Source: Chloroflexota bacterium
GTDB taxonomy: Bacteria > Chloroflexota > Anaerolineae > B4-G1
DNA length: 64,000 bases
Assembly: GCA_034189605.1 (NCBI GenBank)
Contig: JAXHUO010000015.1
Span: 8,321 to 72,320 of the forward strand
Reading direction: 5' to 3'
Shown: piece after piece, positions 1-9,620 of the stretch
Numbering within the stretch: position 1 is the first letter of the stretch
Layout of the letters: each line of letters starts with the position of its first letter
Notes under the pieces: generated by a model
The model's database searches: none
What the model was told of the DNA's origin: nothing
Seen by the model: only the letters and a program-made list of their open reading frames with translations
Position numbers and translations under genes: made by a program

Positions 1-1
1 G

Positions 2-373
2 TTTTATTTGCGCTTGCGCAATGAACCAGGTGAATTTGGCATCGTGGAACTGCCTTTCTTGCCCTTTTTGGCCCAGCGGCAGTACCACCAGACCATCCAC
101 GGCAAGTCATTGGCTTACGGTTACCTATCCCGTGTTCCTGAGAGTGGGTTTGCGTACATAGACTTGCTGAGGCAGGAAGTTTACCATCCCACCGGCTTTT
201 TCGAGTCGGTGGATATACGCTACCTGGTGTTGCACAAGGATCAACTGGCCAGCCTGGAGCCGGTGGAAGCAGAGGCCCTCGAAACGGCGCTGGAGACCAA
301 CTTTGAATTGGTCGAAAGCGACGACCACCTGCGCGTCTATCGTGCCTACCCTTTGCGGAGCAATTCACAATGA
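2..373 (+). CDS. hypothetical protein, C-terminal fragment (5' end lies outside the window)
   Basis: The frame is open from the window edge to TGA at 371-373. The stop overlaps the next ATG (ATGA at 370-373), so it is co-transcribed with the downstream membrane proteins. No family recognised by eye. Confidence 0.4.
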   Translation, partial: FYLRLRNEPGEFGIVELPFLPFLAQRQYHQTIHGKSLAYGYLSRVPESGFAYIDLLRQEVYHPTGFFESVDIRYLVLHKDQLASLEPVEAEALETALETNFELVESDDHLRVYRAYPLRSNSQ

Positions 374-1725
374 GCCTTATCTCTCGCTTAAAACAATCCG
401 ATCGCGGTGTGATTGTGTTGACTATTGTCTTTCTCGTCGCCTTCCCGGTGCTGTTCAAACCCTGGATCCACGGCGCGGACACCATCGGTTACTACTCCTG
501 GCTGCGCTCGTTGGTCATTGACGGCGACCTGCAGACAGGTGATGAGTTCGAACACTTTGGCATGGGGTGGCTCAACACTTATGCTGATACGGGTATGCGT
601 GATAACCCAGGCGCAATTGGCTCAGCGGTGCTCTGGTCGCCCTGGTTCCTGGCCACCCATGGGCTGTCTCTGCTGGGGCGTGCTCTGGGCCTGCCCTGGG
701 CTGCCGATGGCTATGGGCAACAATACATCCTGGCCGTCAGTCTGGGCAGCGCGGTATACGCTTTTGTGGCCCTTTTACTCACCTATCGCCTGGCGCAGGA
801 TTTCTTTGCTCCCCCCATAGCCGTTCTGTCAGTGGTGGCGGTTTGCCTCTCGTCACCATTGGTTTTTTATATGTACAGCCACCCCCTCATGTCCCATGCC
901 AACGATACTTTTGCCTATGCACTGTTTCTGTTCACATGGCATCGCACACGGGAGCAACGCAGTGCTGCCCAATACGGGCTGCTGGGACTGACCGCCGCCC
1001 TATGTGCGCTGGTGCGCAACCAGAATGCTGTCCTCGTGTTTTTTCCACTCTTGGAAATTACTTTCCGCGCTGTCCGGGCCGGCCGGCGGAATGGCTGGGG
1101 CCGCGCTATCGCCAGCGGACTGCTGGATGCGCTATGCTTCTCGGCTGCCTGGTGGCTAGTGTTCCTGCCCCAACTGCTTGTCTGGCGCACTGTCCTCGGC
1201 ACTTGGCTGCCTGGCAACCCCTACGCGCACAGCGGCGGCGGCACGTTTGACTTTCTACGCCCGCACCTCTTTGGGGTTCTGTTTTCCACTAACCACAGCC
1301 TGTTCCTTTGGACACCGCTGATGTTGCCAGCAGTATTGGGCTGGCTTCCCCTTTGGCGCAAAGACCGCCGCTTGACCACGCTGCTGGCGCTTAACTTTGT
1401 TTTACAACTCTACACAATAGCCTCGTGGAGCGACTGGGGTGGCGCGGCCGCTTTCGGCCAGCGGTTCTTTACTAATATGACGCCCGCTTTCGCGCTGGGA
1501 CTGGCGGCGCTGTTGGCCACTTTACAAAGACGCATCTCTTTGCGCTGGTTGGCTGTCATCTGTGCCTTGTTCGTCGTCTGGAATGGGTTGCTCATCGTGC
1601 GCTACGTCTTGGAAGATATCCCCCGCTGTGGCCCTGTGCCACTCGCCGAACTGATCGTTGGTCAGTTCACTGTGTTGCCTCGTTATCTCAACCGTATCAT
1701 CCAGATTCTACTCACGCGCTCCTGA
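370..1725 (+). CDS. polytopic membrane protein, GT-C-fold glycosyltransferase-like
   Basis: 451 aa with many hydrophobic segments. An early acidic loop (VIDGDLQTGDEFEH) resembles those of PMT/ArnT-like GT-C enzymes. Start overlaps the upstream stop. Confidence 0.5.
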   Translation: MSLISRLKQSDRGVIVLTIVFLVAFPVLFKPWIHGADTIGYYSWLRSLVIDGDLQTGDEFEHFGMGWLNTYADTGMRDNPGAIGSAVLWSPWFLATHGLSLLGRALGLPWAADGYGQQYILAVSLGSAVYAFVALLLTYRLAQDFFAPPIAVLSVVAVCLSSPLVFYMYSHPLMSHANDTFAYALFLFTWHRTREQRSAAQYGLLGLTAALCALVRNQNAVLVFFPLLEITFRAVRAGRRNGWGRAIASGLLDALCFSAAWWLVFLPQLLVWRTVLGTWLPGNPYAHSGGGTFDFLRPHLFGVLFSTNHSLFLWTPLMLPAVLGWLPLWRKDRRLTTLLALNFVLQLYTIASWSDWGGAAAFGQRFFTNMTPAFALGLAALLATLQRRISLRWLAVICALFVVWNGLLIVRYVLEDIPRCGPVPLAELIVGQFTVLPRYLNRIIQILLTRS

Positions 1726-1833
1726 TGAGGTCGAACGGTGAGGGAGTGACAAAAGAACTGGGGATACTTTATAGGTGTGGGCTGATGTATCTCCTGTGTG
1801 GCCAGGGGTTCCACTTAGAGAAAGGAAAAGAAT

Positions 1834-3384
1834 ATGCCATTTGAGCACAAAGCCAAAGATTCTTCCAGGTCACCCCTCCGGAATCTTCTCCAACGGCCAA
1901 CATTACTCGCAGCGGGTATTTCCCTGGCTTCTCTGTCCCTCTACGTGGCAACGCTGGCACCAGGATTGTTATGGGGAGGAGGAGACTTTGCCATTTTCCA
2001 GACACGGGCTTTCTCGTGTGAGATTTTCGAGGACGGCCCTTTTGGGCATTCTCTATGGGTTATTCTGGCCCACCCTTTTACGCGGTTGCCCATCCGCGAT
2101 GTTGCCTGGCGAGCCAACTTTGCCGCCGCTGTCTTTGGAGCGGTGGCGCTGTGGTTCGTTTTCTTGTCAGCCTGGTATATCACCCGCTCGAAAGTCGCTT
2201 CACTCCTGGCGACCGGCACGCTGGCGATCTCGCATACGTTTTGGACATACGCTGTAATGCCCAAAGTGTATTCGCTTAACGCCCTAATTCTAGCAGTATG
2301 TTCCTATCTTTTACTACGCTGGCGGGAAAAGGCTCAAGATGTTTGGCTGTACCTTTTTGCCTTCCTCTATGGCCTTAGTTTTCTCAATCACCTGGTAATG
2401 GCGACAGCCGCAGCCGGGTTCGTGGTGTTCGTCGGATATGTACTCTGGTCGCGTCGCCCATCGAAGGCGGCCTGGCGTTCTCTTCTGCTGGCAGGATTTT
2501 CCTTTGGTTTGGGGCTTGCTCCCTATCTGTACCTGACCATTCAGAGCGGAAGCGCTCAGGCCACTGAAAGGTCAATTCTCGCTTTTCCTAGAGGTCTGCT
2601 GTATGCTCTGTTTCACCCCGCAGCGTTGCTCAATGGCGCAGGCTGGGGGGTAGCGCTGTTGGTCTATCAGTTTCCAATCACGGTCTTTGTTGGACTGGTC
2701 GGCCTCTATTACCTGTGGCGACAAGATCGGGGTACAGCCGCGTTTGTCACTCTTGCCGTGCTTGGCACGTTTGCCTTTCTCCTGGCGGCAGTTGATCCCA
2801 GGGCAGGGGGCGTCTATGTCTGGAATCTGCACTATTACCTTCAGGCCTATGTCATCTTTGCCTTCGCCCTGGCGGCCGGGTTCAAGGTTTTGTGGACCAG
2901 GTGGTGTGCACACAACTTGCATCGCCAGGCAACTATTATTGCCCTTTCCGTGATTCTCCCGGTACTCGTCTATGCTGTGGCTCCTTCTGTCGCCAGCATG
3001 TTCTGGCAAAACGTGCCTGACTTTCGCCCGTTGCCCGGACGTGATAATCTGACATACGTGTTGGCGCCTTGGAAACACCACGAAACTGGAGCACGCGATC
3101 TTGGCGATGAGATCCTTCTCACCCTGCCACCCCACAGCGTCCTTTTTGCCGACTATAGTATTTGGGCCATCGTCAATTACCTCCAGGTAGTCGAGGGAGC
3201 CCGACCAGATGTAGAACTGGTGGGGTTGCCTAAAAGAGGTCGTCAGGTTCCTCTTCTTCTGCAATACCGTGACGTGTCTGACCTTTTCCTTGCCGATACG
3301 TATCGTTACTATGATGTAGAGGAAATACAAGAGTATTTTGAGATTGTACCAGAGGGTCCAATCTACCGCTTAATTCCAGAATAG
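1834..3384 (+). CDS. membrane protein, DUF2723/TMEM260-like GT-C glycosyltransferase candidate
   Basis: 516 aa, multi-TM N-terminal two thirds plus a soluble C-terminal domain. The segment LYVATLAPGLLWGGGDFAIFQ resembles the DUF2723 signature, from memory. A purine-rich SD (gaaaggaaaag) lies upstream of the ATG. Confidence 0.45.
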   Translation: MPFEHKAKDSSRSPLRNLLQRPTLLAAGISLASLSLYVATLAPGLLWGGGDFAIFQTRAFSCEIFEDGPFGHSLWVILAHPFTRLPIRDVAWRANFAAAVFGAVALWFVFLSAWYITRSKVASLLATGTLAISHTFWTYAVMPKVYSLNALILAVCSYLLLRWREKAQDVWLYLFAFLYGLSFLNHLVMATAAAGFVVFVGYVLWSRRPSKAAWRSLLLAGFSFGLGLAPYLYLTIQSGSAQATERSILAFPRGLLYALFHPAALLNGAGWGVALLVYQFPITVFVGLVGLYYLWRQDRGTAAFVTLAVLGTFAFLLAAVDPRAGGVYVWNLHYYLQAYVIFAFALAAGFKVLWTRWCAHNLHRQATIIALSVILPVLVYAVAPSVASMFWQNVPDFRPLPGRDNLTYVLAPWKHHETGARDLGDEILLTLPPHSVLFADYSIWAIVNYLQVVEGARPDVELVGLPKRGRQVPLLLQYRDVSDLFLADTYRYYDVEEIQEYFEIVPEGPIYRLIPE

Positions 3385-3386
3385 AC

Positions 3387-4481
3387 GTGATGAACATTAT
3401 TCACATATATAAAGACTACTTTCCTGTCCTGGGTGGTATTGAAAACTATATCCGCATCTTGGCCGAGGCTCAGGCCACGGCCGGACACAAGGTCACTGTC
3501 CTGGTATGCGACCCTGGTCACCGCACCCGCCTGGAAAATCTCAACAATGTACGGGTTATCAAGGCCGGGCGACTGACAACTGCTGCTTCTATGCCCCTCA
3601 GCCTGAGCCAGCCCGTCGCCCTGGCCCGTCTTTGCCACGGGGATGTCGTCCACGTCCACTCTCCCTATCCCCTCGGCGAGGTCGCCAATTGGTTTCTGGG
3701 CCGGGCGCGTGCTACCGTCGTCACCCATCACTCCGACATAGTCCGCCAGCAGGGGTGGCTTTTCCTCTACGGCCCGCTCCTCCGCCGTGTCTTGCGTGCC
3801 GCCGACCGTGTCATCGCTACCAGCCCTCGCTACATCGAGACCTCTCCCTGGTTGCGGCCGGTGCGCGAAAAGTGCGTCGTTGTCCCTCCGGGAGTGAACC
3901 ATCATCGCTTTGCTCCTCCACTCATCCCCTTTGATGGCCCGCCAACCATCATTTTCGTGGGCAGATTGCGCTACTACAAAGGACTGGATACTCTCCTGCA
4001 CGCGATGGCAGACCTGCCCGATGTGCATCTAAACATTGTGGGCGATGGGCCAATGCGCGTTCCATGGGAAACATTGACGGCAGAGTTAGGGATTGCTGAC
4101 CACGTCCACTTCGTCGGCGAGGTAGATGATACTGACCTGCCAGCCCTCTACCATCAAGCGCATCTCTTTGTCCTACCCGCCAACGCCCGCGCTGAAGCAT
4201 TCGGTATTGTCATTCTGGAGGCTATGGCCTCGGCTCTCCCATGTATCACCACCGAGGTGGGCACTGGTACCTCCTGGGTGGTGCAGGATGGTATCACCGG
4301 ATTGGTGGTGCCTCCTCTCGCTCCCCAGGCACTGGTTAAGGCCATCCGATGTCTGTTGGACGACCATCAGCGCCGGGCAGCGATGGGCCGCGCCGCTCGC
4401 GCGCGTGTGGAGGCAGAGTTCACCCTGGAACAGATGGTCGCCCGCGTGCAAGCGGTGTATGAAGACATACTGGCCGCTTGA
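3387..4481 (+). CDS. glycosyltransferase family 4 (GT-B, retaining)
   Basis: 364 aa. N-terminal IIHIYKDYFPVLGGIENY and a C-terminal EAFGIVILEAMASALPCITTEVGTG (E-x7-E region) are typical of GT4 enzymes. Starts 3 nt after the upstream stop. Confidence 0.85.
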   Translation: MMNIIHIYKDYFPVLGGIENYIRILAEAQATAGHKVTVLVCDPGHRTRLENLNNVRVIKAGRLTTAASMPLSLSQPVALARLCHGDVVHVHSPYPLGEVANWFLGRARATVVTHHSDIVRQQGWLFLYGPLLRRVLRAADRVIATSPRYIETSPWLRPVREKCVVVPPGVNHHRFAPPLIPFDGPPTIIFVGRLRYYKGLDTLLHAMADLPDVHLNIVGDGPMRVPWETLTAELGIADHVHFVGEVDDTDLPALYHQAHLFVLPANARAEAFGIVILEAMASALPCITTEVGTGTSWVVQDGITGLVVPPLAPQALVKAIRCLLDDHQRRAAMGRAARARVEAEFTLEQMVARVQAVYEDILAA

Positions 4482-4638
4482 TTTTTCAGGCGTTTGGTGT
4501 AAGATACACCAGGCGATTCATTTCTGGAGACCTCCTTGCGGGAGAGAGATGTGTTTTACGACAAGATGAACTGGAACCGGGGGAAAAAGCGAGATGTGGT
4601 GATGCACTTGCTGCATGCCGGGAGCAGGAGGTAGAACA

Positions 4639-5200
4639 ATGGTTCAGCGTGATCCCCACTTGCAGACCGACAGGGTTACGCCTGCTTTGCTCGGCTATAT
4701 TGTGCAAAAGATAGTGAGGCACCTCGCGCCCGATCAGATTATCCTCTTCGGTTCTCGCGCTCGCGGCGAGGCAGACGAGGAGAGCGACCTGGATTTGTTC
4801 ATCATCCAGAGTAGCGCGGCCTCAAATCGGGAAGTGCGTCGCCAGGTTGACCGATTGCTACTAGGGCGGCGCTTTAGCCTATCACACTGTCTGTTTCCTC
4901 TGTCAGAGCGCGGCCGAGAAGTGTCTCAAGGGCTATCTCGTCGCTCAGGGCTGGGTGTTGAAAAAGACCCACGACATCACTGAATTGCTCGAACTTTGCA
5001 CTGGGTATGCCCCCGACTTTGAAGTGTTGCTCCAAGAGGGAAGTGTACTGAATGAGTACGTTACTGAAGGTCGCTATCCTGGCGACATCGCTTTCGAATC
5101 CGTTGGCAACGCCGAAGCCCAAGAAGCGATGAATGTCGCACGTCGCATCAGAGGGGCAGTCGTTGCTAAACTGCCAATAGACAATGACACTAGGATTTGA
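4639..5200 (+). pseudogene. relic of an MNT (nucleotidyltransferase) / HEPN toxin-antitoxin pair, fused by an internal out-of-frame deletion
   Basis: AGGAGG SD then ATG at 4639. Frame 1 encodes the NTase core IILFGSRARGEADEESDLDLFII, and homology stops near 4860-4880. Frame 2 is open only from 4865 and reads LAYHTVCFLCQSAAEKCLKGYLVAQGWVLKKTHDITELLELC...GRYPGD, a HEPN helix plus the Rx4-6H-type region. The MNT C-terminus and the HEPN N-terminal helix are missing. Confidence 0.65.
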
Positions 5201-5203
5201 ACT

Positions 5204-6175
5204 ATGAGAATTCTCGTCACCGGCGGTGCCGGCTTTATCGGTTCCAACCTGGTGGATGTTCTGACGGAGCAGGGCCACGAGGTTACCGTCATAGATAATC
5301 TTTCTGTGGGCAAGGTCACCAACATCGAACACCACCTGCAGAGCAAACACTTTCACTTTGTCAATGATACCATCCTCAACGTCACCACGTTGGAGCGACT
5401 CATTCGTCATGTTGACTTGATCTACCACCTGGCTGCAGTCGTCGGCCCAAAATACGTCATTGAGGACCCCCTGGGTACTGTTATCACCAACGTGCGTGGC
5501 ACAGAGAATGTGTTAGAGTTGGCCTCCAAGTACTGGGTCAAGACCGTCATCGCTTCCAGTTCCGAAGTCTACGGCAAGTCCACTGCTGTGCCGCTCAGCG
5601 AGGACGATGACCGTGTCCTCGGCCCAACCACCGTGAACCGCTGGTCGTACTCTGACGCCAAAGCGATTGACGAGTACTTTGCCCTGGCCTACGCCAAAAA
5701 GGGGCTGCCCGTCGCCGTCGTGCGTTACTTTAACGCCTACGGCCCCAGGCTCGATCCACGTGGCTATGGCAGTGTCATTGCCAGGTTCATTACGCAGGCG
5801 CTGCGTGGCGAGCCGATCACTGTTTACGACGATGGACGGCAGAGTCGTTCCTTCACCTACGTTGCTGATACCATCAGGGGCACAATCCTGGCGGCTACAG
5901 TTGAGCAAGCCACGGGGCAGGTGTTCAACATTGGTTCCAACCGCGAGATAACTATCCTCGAACTGGCTACCTTGGTCCAGCAACTGACGAGTTCGACATC
6001 GGAAATCGTCAACGTGCCCTATGAGACCGCCTATGGCTTGGCCTTTGAGGAAACTCGCCGCCGTGTGCCCGATGCAACCCGCGCGCGGGAGGTGCTTGGC
6101 TTGGAGATACAGACATCTCTTGAGGAAGGGTTGCGGCGTACGCTAGAATGGTTTCAAGGAGCGGCTATATGGTAA
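5204..6175 (+). CDS. NAD-dependent epimerase/dehydratase (extended SDR, UDP-glucuronate decarboxylase / UDP-hexose 4-epimerase-like)
   Basis: 323 aa with a VTGGAGFIGSNL Rossmann motif and catalytic YSDAK (YxxxK). Confidence 0.85.
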   Translation: MRILVTGGAGFIGSNLVDVLTEQGHEVTVIDNLSVGKVTNIEHHLQSKHFHFVNDTILNVTTLERLIRHVDLIYHLAAVVGPKYVIEDPLGTVITNVRGTENVLELASKYWVKTVIASSSEVYGKSTAVPLSEDDDRVLGPTTVNRWSYSDAKAIDEYFALAYAKKGLPVAVVRYFNAYGPRLDPRGYGSVIARFITQALRGEPITVYDDGRQSRSFTYVADTIRGTILAATVEQATGQVFNIGSNREITILELATLVQQLTSSTSEIVNVPYETAYGLAFEETRRRVPDATRAREVLGLEIQTSLEEGLRRTLEWFQGAAIW

Positions 6176-9100
6176 AAGGGATGAACTCGACCAAACTCGG
6201 CACATTCTGTGACAAAATCCTGGAGATTGCCTGGCTCGTGGCGGTGATTATCACCCCGCTTTTTTTTAACGTTTACTCCAGCCGCGTGTTCGAGCCAGAT
6301 AAGTTGACTGCCTTGCGCACTGTCGCCGTCATTATGGCTGCCGTATGGTTGGTCAAATATATCGAAGAACGAACCAGTGGCCGGCGCGAGATTAGGCTCA
6401 CCTGGCGCACACCATTGGTGTTTCCCACCCTCTTTATGGTCGTAGTCTACCTCCTCAGCACCATTCTGTCTGTCACTCGCTGGGTCAGCCTGTTTGGCTC
6501 ATATCAGCGTCTGCAGGGGACGTACACCACACTGGCCTATATTGTTGTGTTCCTGGTCATCCTGCAAGGGCTGCGCACGCGTGCCCAACTCGATCGGCTG
6601 ATCGGCGTCATCATCATCAACAGTCTGCCTATCTCTCTCTATGGTCTCGTCCAGCGCAATGGGCTTGATCCACTTCCCTGGGGGGGGGATGTGACTCGGC
6701 GAGTGGCTTCCAACATGGGCAACGCCATCTTCGTCGCCGCGTATCTCATTATGGTTGTTCCTCTCACCATAGGGCGCATAATCGAAAGTTTCAAGGCCAT
6801 CCTGACCGATGATGAGGCTAACGGGGCAGATGTCATTCGTGCGGCGTGTTACATTTTCACCGCCGCCGTGCAACTGATCACCATCTGGTATACCCAGAGC
6901 CGTGGTCCCTTGATGGGACTCCTGGCCGGCCTGGGCGTATTTGCGTTTATGGGTCTCCTGGCTTTGCAGCGTGCCGCCCGGCAAGAGCGACCTTTCCACC
7001 CCTCCGACATACTGGGAGACCTGGGGCGCGGTTCGGCGTTCGGGTTGGGGGGCATGGCGGTAGCGGGTGCGGCAGCGGCGATCCTCTACTTTATCAGCAA
7101 AGCCGTCGTTGTGCCAGAGAGCAGTATCCCTCAGTGGGTAGCAATAATCGGAGCGGGGCTGATTCTGTCAGGGCTCTGGCTGGCCTTCATCGCCAGCCAG
7201 CGGGGCTGGCGATGGCTGTGGATCAGCGCGCTGTTGATCGCGATCATCTTTGTCACTGGATTCCTGGCGATCAACCTGGTCGAGCCGGTCCACGAGTGGA
7301 GCCGCAACCAGCCCTGGCTGGGTCGGCTGGATGACGTATTGCAGCACGAGGGCGGCACCGGCAGGGTGCGCGATCTCATCTGGGAGGGCGGGCTGCAATT
7401 GATCCTGCCCCACGAACCCATCCAGTACCCGCCGACGAGGGCATACCCCGAAGGGCATCCTGATTTCTTCAACACCCTCCGTCCCCTGGTTGGTTACGGT
7501 CCAGAGGCTATGTATGTGGCGTATAATCCTTTCTACCCCCCGCTTTTGGGTCACCATGAGGCCCGCACTGCATCACCCGACCGCTCGCACAACGAGACAT
7601 TGGACTCACTGATCATCACCGGCCTTTTGGGTTTCATCGCCTACCTGTGGATTTTTGTAGGCGTGTTTACCTTCGGCCTGCGCTGGATGGGAATCTTGCC
7701 CTCCGACTGGCGACGAACCACTTTCTTTGTCCTGCTGGCCATAGGAGCGGTCGCAACCGTGGCAGTGACGAGCATCATCATCGCCCCTCACTTCTTCGGT
7801 CTGGCCATCCCAGTAGGCATCGTCGCTGGGTTGGTTCTCTACCTGATCGTCTATGGCTTTTCTACGTATTGGGAACCGGAGGCAGCCCCGAAAGGTCATC
7901 CTCATCTCATCTTGCTGATTAGCATCCTTTCTGCTTCAGTAGCGCACTTGGTCGAGATCAACTTTGGCATCGCTATCGCCTCCACGCGCACTACCTTCTG
8001 GGCCTACGCCGGGATGTTCGTCGTGGCCGGGCTGGGACTCGTTCGCAAGCAGGAAACAGAACCGCAGGAGCAAGAGGCAGGAAACAAAAAGCATGGGAGT
8101 AAACATCGCAAGAAGCGCCGCAAGGCTGTCCCGCCGCCACCTGCCAAACCCACCATGCCCGCTTGGTTGTGGCCCACGATTGCCATTGCTACCGTCGGAG
8201 GCTTTATTATAGGTACGTTGGGCTTTGACTTTGTCACCAATGCGGAGCGCCTTTCTCAACCCATGACTATTATCTGGCGCGCATTGACTGTCTTACCAGC
8301 GCAGGAGAGTCGGACCTCCTATGGTGCATTGATGATCTTTGTCCTCACCTGGTTGACGAGCGCATTCATATTCATCTCTGAAATGGTCAAGGGCGGAGCA
8401 TTTCGTGAACGCAGGAGCGGCGATGTGGCTCTGGCGATAGTTCTGTACTTGCTGATCTCGCTAGCGATTGGATTTGGGCTTGTTCTGGTACTGACCAGCC
8501 GCCAGGCGTCGCTGCTGAACATCCAGGCCCGGGCGCTGGAGGATGTGATCACGCTGGAAGATGTGATTGGTGTCGCTGACAGCGTCGCTGGTCTCCTGTC
8601 CACCTATTACGGCTTTATCGTCTTCGTTCTGGTCGCCGGTGGGGTGGCGCTCTTCTTGGGTACAGAGCGACTACCTCGGCAGAATGCACAACCCTGGGGC
8701 GTGCTCGCACTTACCGTGCTGATAGTACTGGCTGGTGCTATCAGCGTAGTGACCAACCTGCGGCCCATCCAGGCTGACATCGTCTACAAGCAAGCCGTCC
8801 CTTACGACCAAAGCGGGCAGTGGTTGGTAGCCATTGAACATTACAAGCACGCGATTGAACTGGCTCCCAGGGAAGACTTTTATTACCTGTATCTAGGCCG
8901 ATCCTATCTGGAGTATGCTTCGACCATTGAAGATACTGCTGTGCGAGACAATGTAATGCGTATGACAGAACAGACACTGATCCAGGCACTCGAGCTCAAT
9001 CCTCTCAACACCGACCACAGCAGGAATCTGGCCAAGATGTACATGCGCTGGATTCAACTCACACCCGACACGGCAAAACATGGTGGTTTGGCCCAACAGT

Positions 9101-9618
9101 CTACTGAGCACTTTAGAATCGCAACTATGCTGAGCCCCAATAACGCCGATCTGTGGAACGAGTGGGCGGGGTTATACCAGTTCTTGGGCGACTTTGCCAT
9201 GGCCGGACAAACTTTGCAAAAGTCGCTGGCCGTAGACAAAGAGTATTATGTGACCTGGTTGATCTATGGTGACGTGAGCCTCCAGTCAGGTGATTCAGAA
9301 AAGGCTGCCCAATGCTACGAGGAAGCACTGAAACTCGAACCAGGCCTCCCGCAGGTCTGGCGTATGCTGGGCTCGGTGTACGCCCAGTTAGGTCGCCTTG
9401 ATGAGGCCGTCGCTGCTCTCCATCAGGCGCTGGAACTGGGCCCCGAAGCCTCCGACGCGTGGGACACTCACCGTATGTTGGCCATTATCTACACCCAGTC
9501 TGGCCATAATGATGTGGCGCTTCCTCACGCTCAGATGGCACTGCAACTCGCTCCCGAGGATCAACAGGCAATGCTACAGGATTTGATTGCACAGATTCAG
9601 TCATTGGATACACAGTAA
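6169..9618 (+). CDS. large membrane protein: O-antigen ligase (Wzy_C)-like polytopic domain plus C-terminal TPR repeats
   Basis: AAGGAG at 6156-6161 lies 7 nt before ATG 6169 (the track ORF starts at 6148). There are more than 12 TM segments. YTQSRGPLMGLLAG and DRSHNETLDSLIITGLLGF resemble Wzy_C motifs. The last ~270 aa are TPR-like (AIEHYKHAIELAP..., EEALKLEP..., LHQALELGP...). Confidence 0.65.
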   Translation: MVKGMNSTKLGTFCDKILEIAWLVAVIITPLFFNVYSSRVFEPDKLTALRTVAVIMAAVWLVKYIEERTSGRREIRLTWRTPLVFPTLFMVVVYLLSTILSVTRWVSLFGSYQRLQGTYTTLAYIVVFLVILQGLRTRAQLDRLIGVIIINSLPISLYGLVQRNGLDPLPWGGDVTRRVASNMGNAIFVAAYLIMVVPLTIGRIIESFKAILTDDEANGADVIRAACYIFTAAVQLITIWYTQSRGPLMGLLAGLGVFAFMGLLALQRAARQERPFHPSDILGDLGRGSAFGLGGMAVAGAAAAILYFISKAVVVPESSIPQWVAIIGAGLILSGLWLAFIASQRGWRWLWISALLIAIIFVTGFLAINLVEPVHEWSRNQPWLGRLDDVLQHEGGTGRVRDLIWEGGLQLILPHEPIQYPPTRAYPEGHPDFFNTLRPLVGYGPEAMYVAYNPFYPPLLGHHEARTASPDRSHNETLDSLIITGLLGFIAYLWIFVGVFTFGLRWMGILPSDWRRTTFFVLLAIGAVATVAVTSIIIAPHFFGLAIPVGIVAGLVLYLIVYGFSTYWEPEAAPKGHPHLILLISILSASVAHLVEINFGIAIASTRTTFWAYAGMFVVAGLGLVRKQETEPQEQEAGNKKHGSKHRKKRRKAVPPPPAKPTMPAWLWPTIAIATVGGFIIGTLGFDFVTNAERLSQPMTIIWRALTVLPAQESRTSYGALMIFVLTWLTSAFIFISEMVKGGAFRERRSGDVALAIVLYLLISLAIGFGLVLVLTSRQASLLNIQARALEDVITLEDVIGVADSVAGLLSTYYGFIVFVLVAGGVALFLGTERLPRQNAQPWGVLALTVLIVLAGAISVVTNLRPIQADIVYKQAVPYDQSGQWLVAIEHYKHAIELAPREDFYYLYLGRSYLEYASTIEDTAVRDNVMRMTEQTLIQALELNPLNTDHSRNLAKMYMRWIQLTPDTAKHGGLAQQSTEHFRIATMLSPNNADLWNEWAGLYQFLGDFAMAGQTLQKSLAVDKEYYVTWLIYGDVSLQSGDSEKAAQCYEEALKLEPGLPQVWRMLGSVYAQLGRLDEAVAALHQALELGPEASDAWDTHRMLAIIYTQSGHNDVALPHAQMALQLAPEDQQAMLQDLIAQIQSLDTQ
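8536..8595. repeat. two back-to-back in-frame tandem micro-duplications (18 nt x2, then 12 nt x2)
   Basis: ctggaggatgtgatcacg / ctggaagatgtgattggt encode LEDVIT/LEDVIG. gtcgctgacagc / gtcgctggtctc encode VADS/VAGL. Confidence 0.8.
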
Positions 9619-9620
9619 CT

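Noticed and set aside
7021-7085. Possible additional heptad tract (gcggttc ggcgttc gggttgg ...) in the O-antigen-ligase/TPR gene.
   Set aside because: Only about 3 units are in phase. The remainder has a 6-7 nt drift that is explained by Gly/Ala codons (GGC/GCG), which is too weak to separate from GC-rich codon bias.
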